DNA of 63,560 nt, counting the filler, from Octopus bimaculoides (lineage: Eukaryota), in the NCBI RefSeq assembly GCF_001194135.2. It is 10 parts of 10 records of this genome, joined end to end, with 100 filler letters (N's around TTAATTAATTAA, not from the genome) between each part and the next. Parts side by side here need not be neighbours in the genome. Positions count along the whole stretch, not along the records: positions 44,163 to 50,428 come from NC_068993.1; positions 50,529 to 56,761 come from NC_069000.1; positions 56,862 to 60,792 come from NC_068996.1; positions 60,893 to 63,560 come from NC_068991.1; 6 more parts are not named here. The stretch is one strand, 5' to 3'. Of the stretch, positions 49,557-61,879 are shown piece after piece. Every line of letters begins with the position of its first letter. Positions within the stretch are counted from its first letter, which is position 1. The notes beneath the pieces were generated by a model, which worked only from the letters and a program-made list of their open reading frames with translations, made no database searches and was not told where the DNA came from. The position numbers and the translations under genes are program-made.

Positions 49557-50428
49557 TACGAGGGGTACACAAAAGTAACCGGAAATTTTGTCTGTGGGAC
49601 AAACCCGTTGTAGTTCAGGCTTCCACCGCTAGGATCCGCTTGATACAACCCTCAGGCATCAGTCTGTCGACCGGCGTTGTCATCTGCAGTCATACTGCCA
49701 TGTGGTGCGTCTTTGTTTTGCAGTACTTCTCCTCTGTTCGTCGATTTTTGAGATGGCTGAAACGAAGGGACAACGTGCTTCCGTGGAATTCTATTTCCTG
49801 CTGGGGAAAACGGCGAGCGAAACAGTTGTCATACTTCAAACAGCTTACAGGGACGTTGCCATGAGCAAACACAAGTTTATGAATAGTTTTCATGCTTTAG
49901 GAATAGTCACTTGTCACTTGAGGACCAACCTCGTTCAGGACGATCGGTGTCCTTCTGAACGAATGAAAACATCATGAAAATTCACGAGCTGATCTTTGAA
50001 GACTGTCACCTAGCAATTGACGAACTTGTTGAAGACTGGTGTCTTCTGGATCTCCTGCCAAGGAATTTTGAGCGAGGAATTGCGAATAAAATGAGTTGCA
50101 GCAAAATTTGTGCCTCGCTTGCTTACGGAAGATCAAAACCAGTCACATGAATTGAAAGAACAGCTGGAAGCTGACCCGGACCTTTTTTCGAAGGTCATCA
50201 CTGGTGATGAAAGCTGGTGCTACGGAAGAGGTGAAAGAAAAAACAACGGAGGCGTTAAAAGCATCACTTCTCAAGTGTTCCAGCACTACTTCGAAAATAG
50301 GCGAAAACGCATCTGGACCGATGCATTGCTCCAAATGGAGAATGTTTGACGGCAATAAAAGTGTAAACATGTAAAACTAAGTGAATAAAATAATATTCCA
50401 AAATTCCAGTTTCTTTTGAGTACCCCTC
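49557..50428 (+). mobile_element. Internally deleted mariner with both TIRs
   Basis: Left TACGAGGGGTACACAAAAGTAACCGGAAATTT; right AAATTCCAGTTTCTTTTGAGTACCCCTC; QRASVEFYFLLGKTASET...VPRLLTEDQ...KVITGDESWCYG. Confidence 0.88.
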
Positions 50429-50528
50429 NNNNNNNNNNNNNNNNNNNNNNNNNNNNNNNNNNNNNNNNNNNNTTAATTAATTAANNNNNNNNNNNNNNNN
50501 NNNNNNNNNNNNNNNNNNNNNNNNNNNN
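50429..50528. other. Artificial scaffold linker
   Basis: 44 N + TTAATTAATTAA + 44 N. Confidence 0.95.
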
Positions 50529-50760
50529 AAATTTAAGCAAATGAAAAGAATTGACCTCAAACATATCACATCGGTAAATATATTTATTATAAGTTATTTT
50601 ATGGAATTTCTAGATATTTTGGTGACTGTTCATTTCATCAGCTGCTGTTGAACTAAAAACAGTTGTTTGTTTAACCAAACAATGTGCAACAGCTGTTGAC
50701 ACTGTAAGTGATCATTATATAAAATGTCCAGGAGTTTCCTAATATAATAATGAACATAGT

Positions 50761-50794
<34 letters not shown>

Positions 50795-51118
50795 GTCCAA
50801 AATCATGGAGTAGGAGAAAGAGTAGTATAAGTGAAGGGAGAGGAGAGAAAATAGTAATTCAGTGAAGGAGAAGTATTGAGAGTAATAGCCCTGACTGAGA
50901 GAGAGTGAGAGAAAGTAATAGCAATACTAGTCATGATACTAATACTAGTTGTGAACACTACAATTCTTATTGCATTGGGTCAATTTTCTGACAAAACTTC
51001 TCTGTTCTTATGCATTTCATTAGAATTCAAGAAATAATAGCGATTGATTTATTCCCCTTGATGACTACCAAACAGTAAAACAAACTTCTGTTGATACAGC
51101 AGTAGTTTGGAAAAGTGA

Positions 51119-51348
51119 TTAACCTGTTAGCATTCAGATTATTCTGTCAAATGTAATGACATTTTATTCTCATTGTTTTGAATTAATTATGCGTTATCCC
51201 AAAACTTTGAGAATTCAATGATGTGATCGTTTTATTTTTATAACGATATTGTGTGATATATGTGAAAAGCCAGATCTGGCCAGTTTGAATATAAAACAGA
51301 TAGAATATTTTGGTTGAATATGGGCAGTTTAAATGCTAAAGAGTTGAT
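51119..51348. mobile_element. Short MITE-like element
   Basis: Ends TTAACCTGTTAGCATT...AATGCTAAAGAGTTGA are imperfect TIRs; left end recurs at 23411-23447. Confidence 0.55.
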
Positions 51349-52155
51349 ACTTTTCCTTAATACAGTCATTGGGATTAGAAAAAACAATCTTTTGAGTAAA
51401 AGAAGTGTATAACAGACTGTGTTACAGCAATTTTCATTTCTTATTCAGCTCACATGATTTCCCTTTCTTGAAAATTTTTGATTTTCCCATGTAATGCACA
51501 TATAAAAAATGTTGAAAGGTCAGTGTTTAGATCTTTCTTAAATATGTTGAGTTTTTTTTTTTTTTTTTGATGGGTTATTTCAATAACAGCCCTCAGTTGG
51601 TCATTGTCAATCTCAGAAGGCCATTCTTAACCATCCTCAACTATCCTAATATGTAAGGCTCTGGTCTCCACTACAGAATTTTGAAGACCAATAAAGAATT
51701 ATATGTTCATTCAAAATACATTGGCCAAGTGCTTGGTTGACTTTGAGAGTGGCTTCCACTGCTTTACATTCTTATTTTGAACTCAGTCAATAAAAATGAT
51801 TTTAATTTACTTCTCTTTATCTCTCTTTCATTTGCTAGCACAGCCTAAACTAAACCAGAATAAACAGTGAAAGCAAAACCATTGCTATAAATCGATGCAC
51901 GAAAACCTGTCCTTCAAAATGGTTGATTATATGAGCATAGTAAAATAAAAGTTTATTCTACTACAAGCAGCATATTTTAAAATAACAAAAACTACTATTA
52001 CATGTTCATCTACATACATACATACATACATACATACATAAATACATACATACATACATACTTACATATGTGTGTGTAAGTATATATGTATACGTATATA
52101 TATCTATATTTATCTATTTATATATATGTGTGTGTATATATGTATATATGTATAC

Positions 52156-52200
<45 letters not shown>

Positions 52201-52313
52201 TGCATATATGTATGTGTATAAATGTATCTATAATAAACATATATTTGCATTAATGTGTTTGTGTGTGTGTGTGTGTGTCTGCATGTGCATGTGTGTTTAG
52301 CTGTATGTGTTTG

Positions 52314-52355
<42 letters not shown>

Positions 52356-52805
52356 TGTACACACATTATGGTCATATTACATTTGTATGTTAAAATTACA
52401 TAATATATATAGCTTTTATTTTGCTAATATGGCTATTTGATTTAGTAGAAGTTCCTAGCCATTTTCTCTTTGCAATGTAATAAAGAATTCATCTTAGAAC
52501 ACCAGACATTTTCACAAATGTAATTACTTTCAGCTAGAATTTAGCTCTTTCAGACTTCTGTAGAAGTTATTGAGCTCTTGATATTGTTGTTCTTGCTATT
52601 ACTACTGTGATCAATGCTACTGTATGTACATTGTGGCAGGATTTTAGGCAATTACCTGTGTTTGTTCCTATTTATGTTTAATATATATGTTCAACTGTGT
52701 AGATCTTCACATATATCTTAGAATCTAATGAGTATATATCTACTGCATAGGTTATACATATATATATATATATATATGTATGTATTTGTGTGTCTGTGTG
52801 TGTGT

Positions 52806-52852
<47 letters not shown>

Positions 52853-53160
52853 TTAATGTCCACTTTTCAGTGCTTGCTTGGGTCAGATGGAATTTGTTGA
52901 GGCAGGATTTCTTCAGCCAGATGGCCTTCTTGTTGCCAACCCTCACCTGTTTCAAAGCAAGGTACTATTTCCTCGTGGTCACACACATTTTTCAATGAAG
53001 ACTGGAAATGATTAACTTTGCTTGTATGATGATAATGATGATGATGATGATGATGATGATGATGCTAATTTATAACCATAATGTGATGTCAAGAAAAGGT
53101 ACATACAAATACGTACACACACATACATATATACACACACACACATACATACATGCATAC

Positions 53161-53223
<63 letters not shown>

Positions 53224-53899
53224 CATGTCTAGATATGCTAGTATATTCATGAGAAGACATTCATAAAACAAAACATGCGAATCTGCACGTATACATACAA
53301 AAACACCCTGTTGTTGATGTTGAAATTCCAATGAAGGAGGCTTGGTTAGAAACCAGCTCTTTCTTTATTGGCAAGAAATCTTGAAATAAAACTGAATAAT
53401 GACATACATACATACATACACACACATGCACACACACACACACACACACACATACATACATGTACTATGGGCTTCTATTAGTTTTCTATCCACCAAATCC
53501 AATCACAAGTCATTTGTCCATGTTACCATTTAGAGGGACTGAACCCGGGAACAGGAACACAGGGCTAGGAAGCAAGCTTTTCAGTCACACAACCACAGGC
53601 ATGTGTGCGTGTGCATGTGTGAGTGTGTGTGTGTGTGTGTTGCAGTTACAAATGAGAAGAAAAATGTATTCAGTACATGTAATAGAGTAAAGTGTATTCA
53701 TTAGCTTGAAGCAGAGGCTTTCTTTGTTACTATTCCAAAGCTCACATGGTGCAGAACTCTCACCTGTTATCCTTCTCTATATCAACATATCCAATGCATT
53801 CAATGCTATCAGCAAAGTTAGTCTGTTGAAGGTAATAGTCAGTTGCAGATGACTACAGAATTAAATTTATATTGTTGGAATCCTTTTGTCGCGGGAGAC

Positions 53900-54290
53900 A
53901 ATGGAGTTGCACACAAACTAATCCAGTCTGATTTTTACATTTCATGTCCTCTCCAGTTTCCTCTCCAGTTTTGCGCAGGCCTGGGCTAGATGTAAGAAAA
54001 TCCTGGATTCCTCTCTCGACCTTACTGATGTAGTCCAAAGGAGTGCAGAGCATTACGTTTGGTACCATCTTGGTTGCAGGAGCTGCCAAAAGAGTGTCGA
54101 GTCAAACACTAAACCGCTTACGTGGCTCCACTTCGGATTTCTTTGAAGGTTGTTTCCTTTCTATAATCCTGGATAGGGGCCCATACCAGGTACTGTCAGC
54201 CAGAGCCAGCTGAGCCTAGGACTCGTGTTAGGTAGGGTCGTCACTCCCTGAAATAGTGAAGAAAATCGCCACCCACTACCTAAGGTAGTT
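53900..54290 (-). mobile_element. RTE/BovB-like LINE 5' region
   Basis: Minus strand GGAGCCACGTAAGCGG...GGCAGCTCCTGCAACCAAGATGGTACCAAACGTAATGCTC...GCCCAGGCCTGCGC resembles RTE 5' sequences I recall. Confidence 0.5.
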
Positions 54291-54495
54291 ACAAATTTAC
54301 TAAGGTAAATTTATGTATTTGTAACAATTACATTAAGCCTTGTGGGAATCAGTGTACATAAACACAATGGCATCAAAGCCATATATTATAGTTTATGTTT
54401 GGAAATTAATAAATGGTACCAAAATTATGCAGTTTCATTTTCTTTTTTTATTTTGCAATGTTGATTAATGTTTTCAGAGGCTCTGAGATTTGGAT

Positions 54496-54612
54496 AAGGT
54501 ATCAAATATTGTACTAATGGCAAGATGTTCAATTTAAGAGGCTTCAAGCCAATAGCCAAAGCAACATTAAAGACATACATCATCAGAGACTTCTTGTTTG
54601 CTGACAGCGTAA
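54496..54612 (+). pseudogene. RTE/BovB-like RT fragment
   Basis: GIKYCTNGKMFNLRGFKPIAKATLKTYIIRDFLFADS matches the RTE motif GIRYRTDGKLFNL...IRDFLFADD. Confidence 0.8.
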
Positions 54613-55138
54613 AGTTAAGAGGAGTCTTTAACATTGCTGAGGCTATGACAACTTATCCCAAGTATGCTGGCAACAAAAGAAAGTATAAAATGATGAGGAT
54701 GACGATACCAATGCTATAAACATACACACACATACATGAGGTGTATTCAAAAAGTATCTGACTTTATTTTTTTCCCACCAAAACTTATACCACGAGAGCA
54801 AAATCCTTTAGGTGAGAGGTAACACCAATCTTCTTGTGTATGCATGACAATCCATGCACCATCTATTGATGCAGAGAAATCTCTATTAGACCAGCCACAT
54901 TACCAAACTTGACAATGATAGCAAATCCTGTTCTCATGACTAGCAGATGGCTATATAAATTTTAGGAGACCCAAATTTAGATTCAAGGGCAGTGTCAAGT
55001 GGAACTTAAAGGGTCTATCCACTCCCACTGAAAAGTGGTACCAGCTAGCTAGTGATCACTCTTAGAAAGAAAGGTTACATCTGTCTGTCTGTCTGTCTTC
55101 TGCCTGTCATCCTATCTATCTATCCATATCTGTACATC

Positions 55139-55193
<55 letters not shown>

Positions 55194-55261
55194 GTCAGTC
55201 TATCTGTCTGTCTATCTACACACACACACACACACACACACATATGTATCTGTATACACAC

Positions 55262-55400
55262 ACACGATGGGCTTCTTTCAATTTCTGTCTACCAAATCCC
55301 CTCACAAGGCTTTGATCAATCTGAAGGTATAGTAGAAGACACATGCCCAATGTGCCATGCAGTGGCACTGAACCTGGAACGATATGGTTGGGAAGCAAGC
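55262..55400 (-). mobile_element. SINE family A (CpG-decayed)
   Basis: Homologous to 5-160. Confidence 0.75.
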
Positions 55401-56140
55401 TTATATATACATTTAAATTTATTTAAAAACACTTTGATTCAGTTCTATGTGACTTAAAGTTTCATCGGCTTCTTACAGAAACCTAGCTCATTCAGGCTCA
55501 GTTAACTGAATGGAGAGATACAGGAAGTTCAAAATGGCTGGTGGAAACAGGGATGCTATTGGTCAAGGTGAGTCTCATGGTATTATTAAGAAGTGAGAGC
55601 AATATTTCAGCAACACCAGATGCATTAGAAAGGCGAACTCCTTGGATTAATTGGGTGACCAGGAAGCTTGTGACATCTGTGAGTCCGGTAGGCCTGTGAA
55701 AGAACTTGGGGGCAGACAGAAACATGACCGGCAAGGATTTGTGTGTGTATATGTGTGAGTATACCAGATACATGAATACATGAATGCATGAATTTGGGTG
55801 CCTGATGTCTATGTATGTCAATCAGTTATGCATATGTGTGTGTGTGTGTAAGCTGGCACATATACATATGTATTTGTATAAGCATATATATGCATGTGTG
55901 TCTCTCCCTATATATATACACATATAACCCATGCCAGCATGGAAGATGGACATTAAATGATGGTGATATATATGTGTGTGTGTGTAAACATAGATTTGTA
56001 TATGTTTATGCACACACATGTGTACATACATATATGTATATGTGTATATACATATACAATGTATGTGTATACATATATACATTTATATATGTGTGAACGC
56101 AGATATATATAAGTATGCATATATATGTGTGTGTGTGTGC

Positions 56141-56187
<47 letters not shown>

Positions 56188-56761
56188 CATACATATGATA
56201 CTATCACATGCTAATAGAGTGATAAGGTAATATGCCATACGTTCAAATTCTAATAAGAAATTGCATGAGTTAATATCATTCAATTGATAAAAAATTGCAT
56301 CAGCAGCTGCACGATTCTCTTGCATTCGGTGTGCAACTGACTTAATTTCCAATCTCACTTTTCCAAATGAGGTGATTTTAACAGTGATTGAAACTGACAA
56401 CTTAGTTTTTGATTCACTTTTGTTGTTGTTGTTATTCATGTGGTGGTGATGGCGTTAGTGGTGATGGTGGTGTTGGTGTTGGTGCAACTATTTTTTTTTA
56501 ATTGCTGGTCACTCTATTTTCTTGTTGGTATTTTGTTATTATTGTTGCATATATGTGTATATACATGTGTGTGTGTGCATAATTAATGCACGCACACATA
56601 TATTTGCACTCACTCACACGCACAAATGCACATATGCTTACATATATACATATGCACATACATGCACACGCATATACAAGTATATAAAGTATATATATAT
56701 ATATATATATACACATACACACATATTTATATGCATATATATATATATATATATATATATA

Positions 56762-56861
56762 NNNNNNNNNNNNNNNNNNNNNNNNNNNNNNNNNNNNNNN
56801 NNNNNTTAATTAATTAANNNNNNNNNNNNNNNNNNNNNNNNNNNNNNNNNNNNNNNNNNNN
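56762..56861. other. Artificial scaffold linker
   Basis: 44 N + TTAATTAATTAA + 44 N. Confidence 0.95.
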
Positions 56862-57148
56862 AATAGAGATAACTCGAATGTGGAATCTAAAAACAGAAAC
56901 AATTCCTATCATAGTAGGTGCCTTAGGTATAATAAAAAAATATTCAGACAAATACATAACAAAAACACCAGGACTTACAAATATATATAACATACAGAAA
57001 ATTGCACTACTGGGTACTGCACACATTCTACGCAAAACACTTTCAATACAGTAAACATAAGAGCACCACAGCAAACCACAGCACATACCCAAGGCGCACA
57101 GAGCTGCGCTCGGTAGTGAAGTGAAAGCACGTTATAAAAATAAAACTA

Positions 57149-57150
<2 letters not shown>
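56862..57150 (+). mobile_element. 3' end of an RLE-type non-LTR retrotransposon (R4/Dong-like)
   Basis: IEITRMWNLKTETIPIIVGALGIIKKYSDKYI...IQKIALLGTAHILRKTLSIQ*, short 3' UTR, then (AAT)n at 57151-57205. Confidence 0.78.
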
Positions 57151-57206
<56 letters not shown>

Positions 57207-57207
<1 letters not shown>

Positions 57208-57420
57208 TCCTTTCTACTGGAAGTACAAGGCCTCAAATTTTGGGGAAGGAATTAAGTCGATTACATCGACCCCAGTGCGTAACTGATACTTATTTAATTG
57301 ATCCTGAAAGGATGAAAGGCAAAGTTGACCTTGGCAGAATTTAAACTCAGAACTTGGTAACAAATGAAATGCTGCTAAGTGTTTTACCCAGTGGGCTAAC
57401 AGTTCTGCCAGCTCATTGCA
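57207..57420 (-). mobile_element. SINE family B
   Basis: Homologous to 7490-7730. Confidence 0.8.
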
Positions 57421-57569
57421 GGGTTACAGTATTGATTGCTTGATATGTGTAGTTATTATCATGTCTTTGTGCAGATTGAAAGTGACAAGGCTGACATGAT
57501 AATAAATTGGATAACGCTTACAAGATCTCCTCCATTCATGGAGTTAGTCCAGACTTTTGTGTGATAAAC

Positions 57570-57740
57570 ACCCACTACACTCTCTGAGTGGTTGGCGTTA
57601 GGAAGGGCATCCAGCTGTAGAAACTCTGCCAGATCAGATTTGAGTCTGGTGTAGCCATCTGGTTTCACCAGTCCTCAGTCAAATCGTCCAACCCATGCTA
57701 GCATGGAAAGCGGACGTTAAATGATGATGATGATGATGAG
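57570..57740 (+). mobile_element. Family C RTE-type tail
   Basis: Homologous to 26160-26351. Confidence 0.8.
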
Positions 57741-58039
57741 GTTAAAGGAAAATGAAGAGTGATATCATCTGTGCAGGTGTAGACATTTGTTGAAGGTAAC
57801 TGCAAACAGATTCACCAATGCATCATCATGGATATGCAAAAATTATAAGATGAAGAGTTATGGATGGAATGCACTTCCTTGACTGAGGATAATCAGAAAT
57901 TAAACAACAATAATTACAACAATATAAAATAGATAATGAATTTAGAGCTCAGTACAGGAATCTAATACAACAAATTACTGGAACATGTATTTAAATTAGA
58001 TATTTCAGATCGTATTCCAAAATTATGGATGTGCAGAGG

Positions 58040-58740
58040 TGCAGGCATGGCTGTGTGGTTTAGACGCTTGCTTTGCAACCACATGGCTTCAGGTTCCATC
58101 CTGCTGTGTGGCATCTCGGACAAGTGTCTTCTACTATAGCACCAGGCCAGCCAAGGCTCTGCAGGTGAATTTGATAGATGGAAATATATTGTATGGAAGT
58201 CCTGTGTGTGTGTATATATGTGTGTTTGTGTGTACGTATGTATGTAGGCATGCATGTATGTATGTATGTATGCGTGTTTGTATGTGTATGTATAGATATG
58301 TGTGTATATGTGTATATATATACATTGTGTATGCGTATATATGTATGTGAATGTGTGAGTGGGTGTGTGTGTACGTATGTATGTACATATGTATGTATGT
58401 ATGTATGCATGCATGCATGCATGCATGTATGTATGCGTGTTTGTATGTATGTATGTGTATGTATAGATATGTGTGTATATATGCATAAATACATGTGTGT
58501 ATGTGTATATACACATGTGAATGTGTGAGTGTGTGTCTTTGTGTTTATGCTTATCACCACCACCACTTGACAACCAGTGCTGGTTTGTTTGCATTCCAGT
58601 AACTTAGCAAAAAGGAAACTCCTAGAATAAGTACCAAACTTATGATAAATACCAGAGTTAATTCATTTTCATTCAGCTAAAACTCTTCAAAGCAGTGCTC
58701 CAGCATGGCCACATTCCAATGACAAAAAACAGTAAAACAT
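58040..58740 (+). mobile_element. Composite SINE with expanded microsatellite spacer
   Basis: Head at 58040-58200, 3' module at 58540-58740. Confidence 0.7.
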
Positions 58741-58879
58741 AAAGGATATCTTACATGCACTCCCTACAGTTAGGCAAACTAAAGTACATAGAATGAAGTA
58801 CATAAAATGAAGTACATAATCAATAGACATAAACTTCCTGTGGTTCATACAAATCCTCGACCTAAACACAGATCTTCTA

Positions 58880-59500
58880 TCTTTTATCTTTTACTTCTTT
58901 CAGTCATTGGACTGCTGCCATGAAGAATCTTTAGTTGAATGAATTGACCCCGGTACTTACATTTTTTGAAGTCATGTACTTATTCTACCAGTTTGTTTTG
59001 CCAAATCACTAAATTTCAAGGATGTAAACACACCAACATCGGTTGTCAAGTGATGGTAGACCACAAAGACACACACGCTTAAATATATAGTATGTGATGG
59101 GTTTCTTTCAGCTTCTTATTCCTTTACTGCCCACAAGGGGCTACACACAGAGGGGACAAACAAGGACAGACAATGGGATTAAGTTGATTACATCGACCCC
59201 AGTGCAGAACTAGTACTTATTTAATCAACCCCCAAAAGGATGAAAGGCAAAGTCGACTTCAGCAGAATTTGAACTCAGAACATAGCGGCAGACGAAATAC
59301 TGCCAAGCATTTCGCCTGGCGTGCTAACGTTTCTGCCAGCTCGCCGCCTTTCTTTCAGTTTCTGCCTACCAAATCTATTCACAAAGCTTTGATCAGCCCA
59401 AGGGTTTGTAGAAGACATTTGCCCAATGTGCCTAACAGTAGGCCTGAACCCGAAAACCATGTGATTGGGAAGCAAAATTCTAAACAGAACAGCTATGAAC
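58880..59500 (-). mobile_element. Nested SINEs (family B inserted into a family A composite)
   Basis: Family A body is split at 59110/59346 by a complete family B copy. Confidence 0.65.
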
Positions 59501-59616
59501 GCACCTAAGAAATAGGAAAAAAGAAATTATTATGATAGTTGGTGAATGAAGAAAGATGACAGAAAGAAGATGACAGGCAAAGAAAGATGACAGATGAAAA
59601 AAATGTAAAGAATAAG

Positions 59617-59748
59617 GAAGAAAGACTGATTAATGAAGAAAGACTGATTAATGAAGAAAGACTAATTAATGAAGAAAGACTGATTAATGAAGAAAGACTG
59701 ATTAATGAAGAAAGACTGATTAATGAAGAAAGACTGATTAATGAAGAA
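59617..59748. repeat. 18-bp minisatellite (GAAGAAAGACTGATTAAT) x7
   Basis: Direct reading; one variant unit. Confidence 0.9.
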
Positions 59749-60494
59749 TAAGTAGGAAAGAAATGAAGACTGAAGAATAACAACTGGAAAAATATTAAAA
59801 ACAACAAAAAAGAAACAAAAGAAAGAATTACAAAGAATGAAGAAGAATAAGGAGGAATAACAAAGATTGAAAAATAATAAAAAAGAAAAGTTTGACAAGA
59901 AGAAATTTTCAAAAAAAAAAGAACGAAAATGGAGGAGTGGAAAATGAAGAATGAAGAGAGTTAAGGAAAATGGACAATTAAAGAATATGGTAATAGAAAC
60001 AAAGAGAATGGAATTGGACACAAAATAAAATGATGGTGAAGATACTAAAGAACAAATGTGAGAAATTGTTAAAGAATAATTCTTAAATAGAATAACAACA
60101 ATGTCTTGGTTTTATAAAAATGTGGGGAATCAATGTTACATAATATTTATGTTCTTTTCTCAAAGACAATAACGATGGATATTGTTGGAATGGCCACAAC
60201 CAAAAAAACAAAAAAAACAGATCACATACTTGACATATTTCAAAACCAGTTTGAATTGTGAGTAAGAAGAAAAATATTGAGGAAGCTGAAAAAAAGAAAA
60301 AATATATGGCTATGGATATTGGTGCAAGCAAAGCTGCCTGGTTAAGAAGTTTGTTTCACAACCAGATATCCAAATATTGTCAAATTTGACTCCATCTTGG
60401 CTAAGTGGCTTCCACTACAGACATGAGTTGACCAATACACCTTGAGTGAAATTTGATAGACAGAAACCTTTTGTATATATATATATATATAACA

Positions 60495-60670
60495 CCATCA
60501 TTTAATGTCCGCTTTCCATACTAGCATGGGTTGGACGATTTGACTGAGGACTGGTGAACCAGATGGCTACACCAGGCTCCAATCTGATTTGGCAGAGTTT
60601 CTACAGCTGGATGCCATTCCTAATGCCAACCACTCCAAGAGTGTAGTGGGTGCTTTTACGTGCCACAGGC
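60495..60670 (-). mobile_element. Family C RTE-type tail
   Basis: Homologous to 26160-26351. Confidence 0.8.
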
Positions 60671-60735
60671 ATGTAAAAGATTATATATATATATATATAT
60701 ATATATCTGTCTATCTATATTTATATATCTGTCTG

Positions 60736-60792
<57 letters not shown>

Positions 60793-60892
60793 NNNNNNNN
60801 NNNNNNNNNNNNNNNNNNNNNNNNNNNNNNNNNNNNTTAATTAATTAANNNNNNNNNNNNNNNNNNNNNNNNNNNNNNNNNNNNNNNNNNNN
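60793..60892. other. Artificial scaffold linker
   Basis: 44 N + TTAATTAATTAA + 44 N. Confidence 0.95.
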
Positions 60893-60943
<51 letters not shown>

Positions 60944-60989
60944 AGGTGTGTCTGTGGTAACTTGAGCTACTAGAAATAGCAGCCAAATC

Positions 60990-61830
60990 TCTCTTAAAAT
61001 ACACTTATGCCACTCAAGCTGCTCACAGTAGATCTTTGCTATCATTTGGTTTGGGTTTAAAAGTTCAAAGTGGACTAAACCTTTCATATCCCACCAAACA
61101 GATAACAACACTTTACTTGGATAAAGACCTTCTTCAGCCTGGGGTGCCAGCGTTTCTCCTTTCCCGACCCGCTGTCTTCGGAGTGTGACATTTTTATAGA
61201 GAACTCATTTCACATCACCATTCATTATTCAGTCCCCAAAAAAGGTTCATTCACGAGACATGACAGCAAAGAAGAGCACACATTCACTCTCTGCACACGA
61301 TTAGACTTGAATAGTTTGTCAGGAACCCATTGACCCAATTTGCTGATTTTTCCGATGGCACGCAGGTGTTGATGAATGGAATAACCAAATCCAAACTTCT
61401 CTGCTAGTTCTTCAGCAGTTACAATGGGATTTTGTTCCACTAAGGTTTGCACGATGTCTTCATTGAGCTCTACAGATCTTCCAGGACAAGGCTCATCTTC
61501 TAAGCTGTACCTTCTGGCTCGAAATTTCTGGAACCACTGTTGACTTTGGCTTACACTTATTGTCCGATCCCCATATACTACTTTAATATTCCTCGCTTGT
61601 TGCCTTTATTGAGCTCATAAAACAAAATATACCAAATATGCTCCTTTGTCACTTCCATTACATCTTTGAAAAAAAACTGTTAAAATCAAACTGCAACTCT
61701 TCAAACCTTGCACTAAGAATAAGGTAAAATTACTCCTGCTTTTATAGCAAGTTAAGGCAGGCAGTTTATCACATCCCCCTCCGACTTTTAGTTCATGTAA
61801 TTGTAAAAATTGCATTATTTATGGGATGAC
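60990..61830 (-). pseudogene. Degraded mariner transposase
   Basis: MEVTKEHIWYILFYELNKG...LVEQNPIVTAEELAEKFG...KLGQWVP...LLSVWWDMKGLVHFELLNPNQ...YCEQL. Confidence 0.85.
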
Positions 61831-61879
61831 CCAAAATACATATATGTATGTATATATCTGTGTGTCTGTGAATTTTAAT

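Noticed and set aside
53853-54089. 78-aa ORF as a host exon
   Set aside because: Overlaps sequence resembling an RTE LINE 5' region.
55500-55567. Exon with strong AAG|GTGAGT donor
   Set aside because: No convincing acceptor or recognisable peptide; insufficient support.
59505-60021. Leu/Ser/Phe-rich ORFs (SSLISL repeats)
   Set aside because: Antisense of a purine-rich tract and the 18-bp minisatellite.
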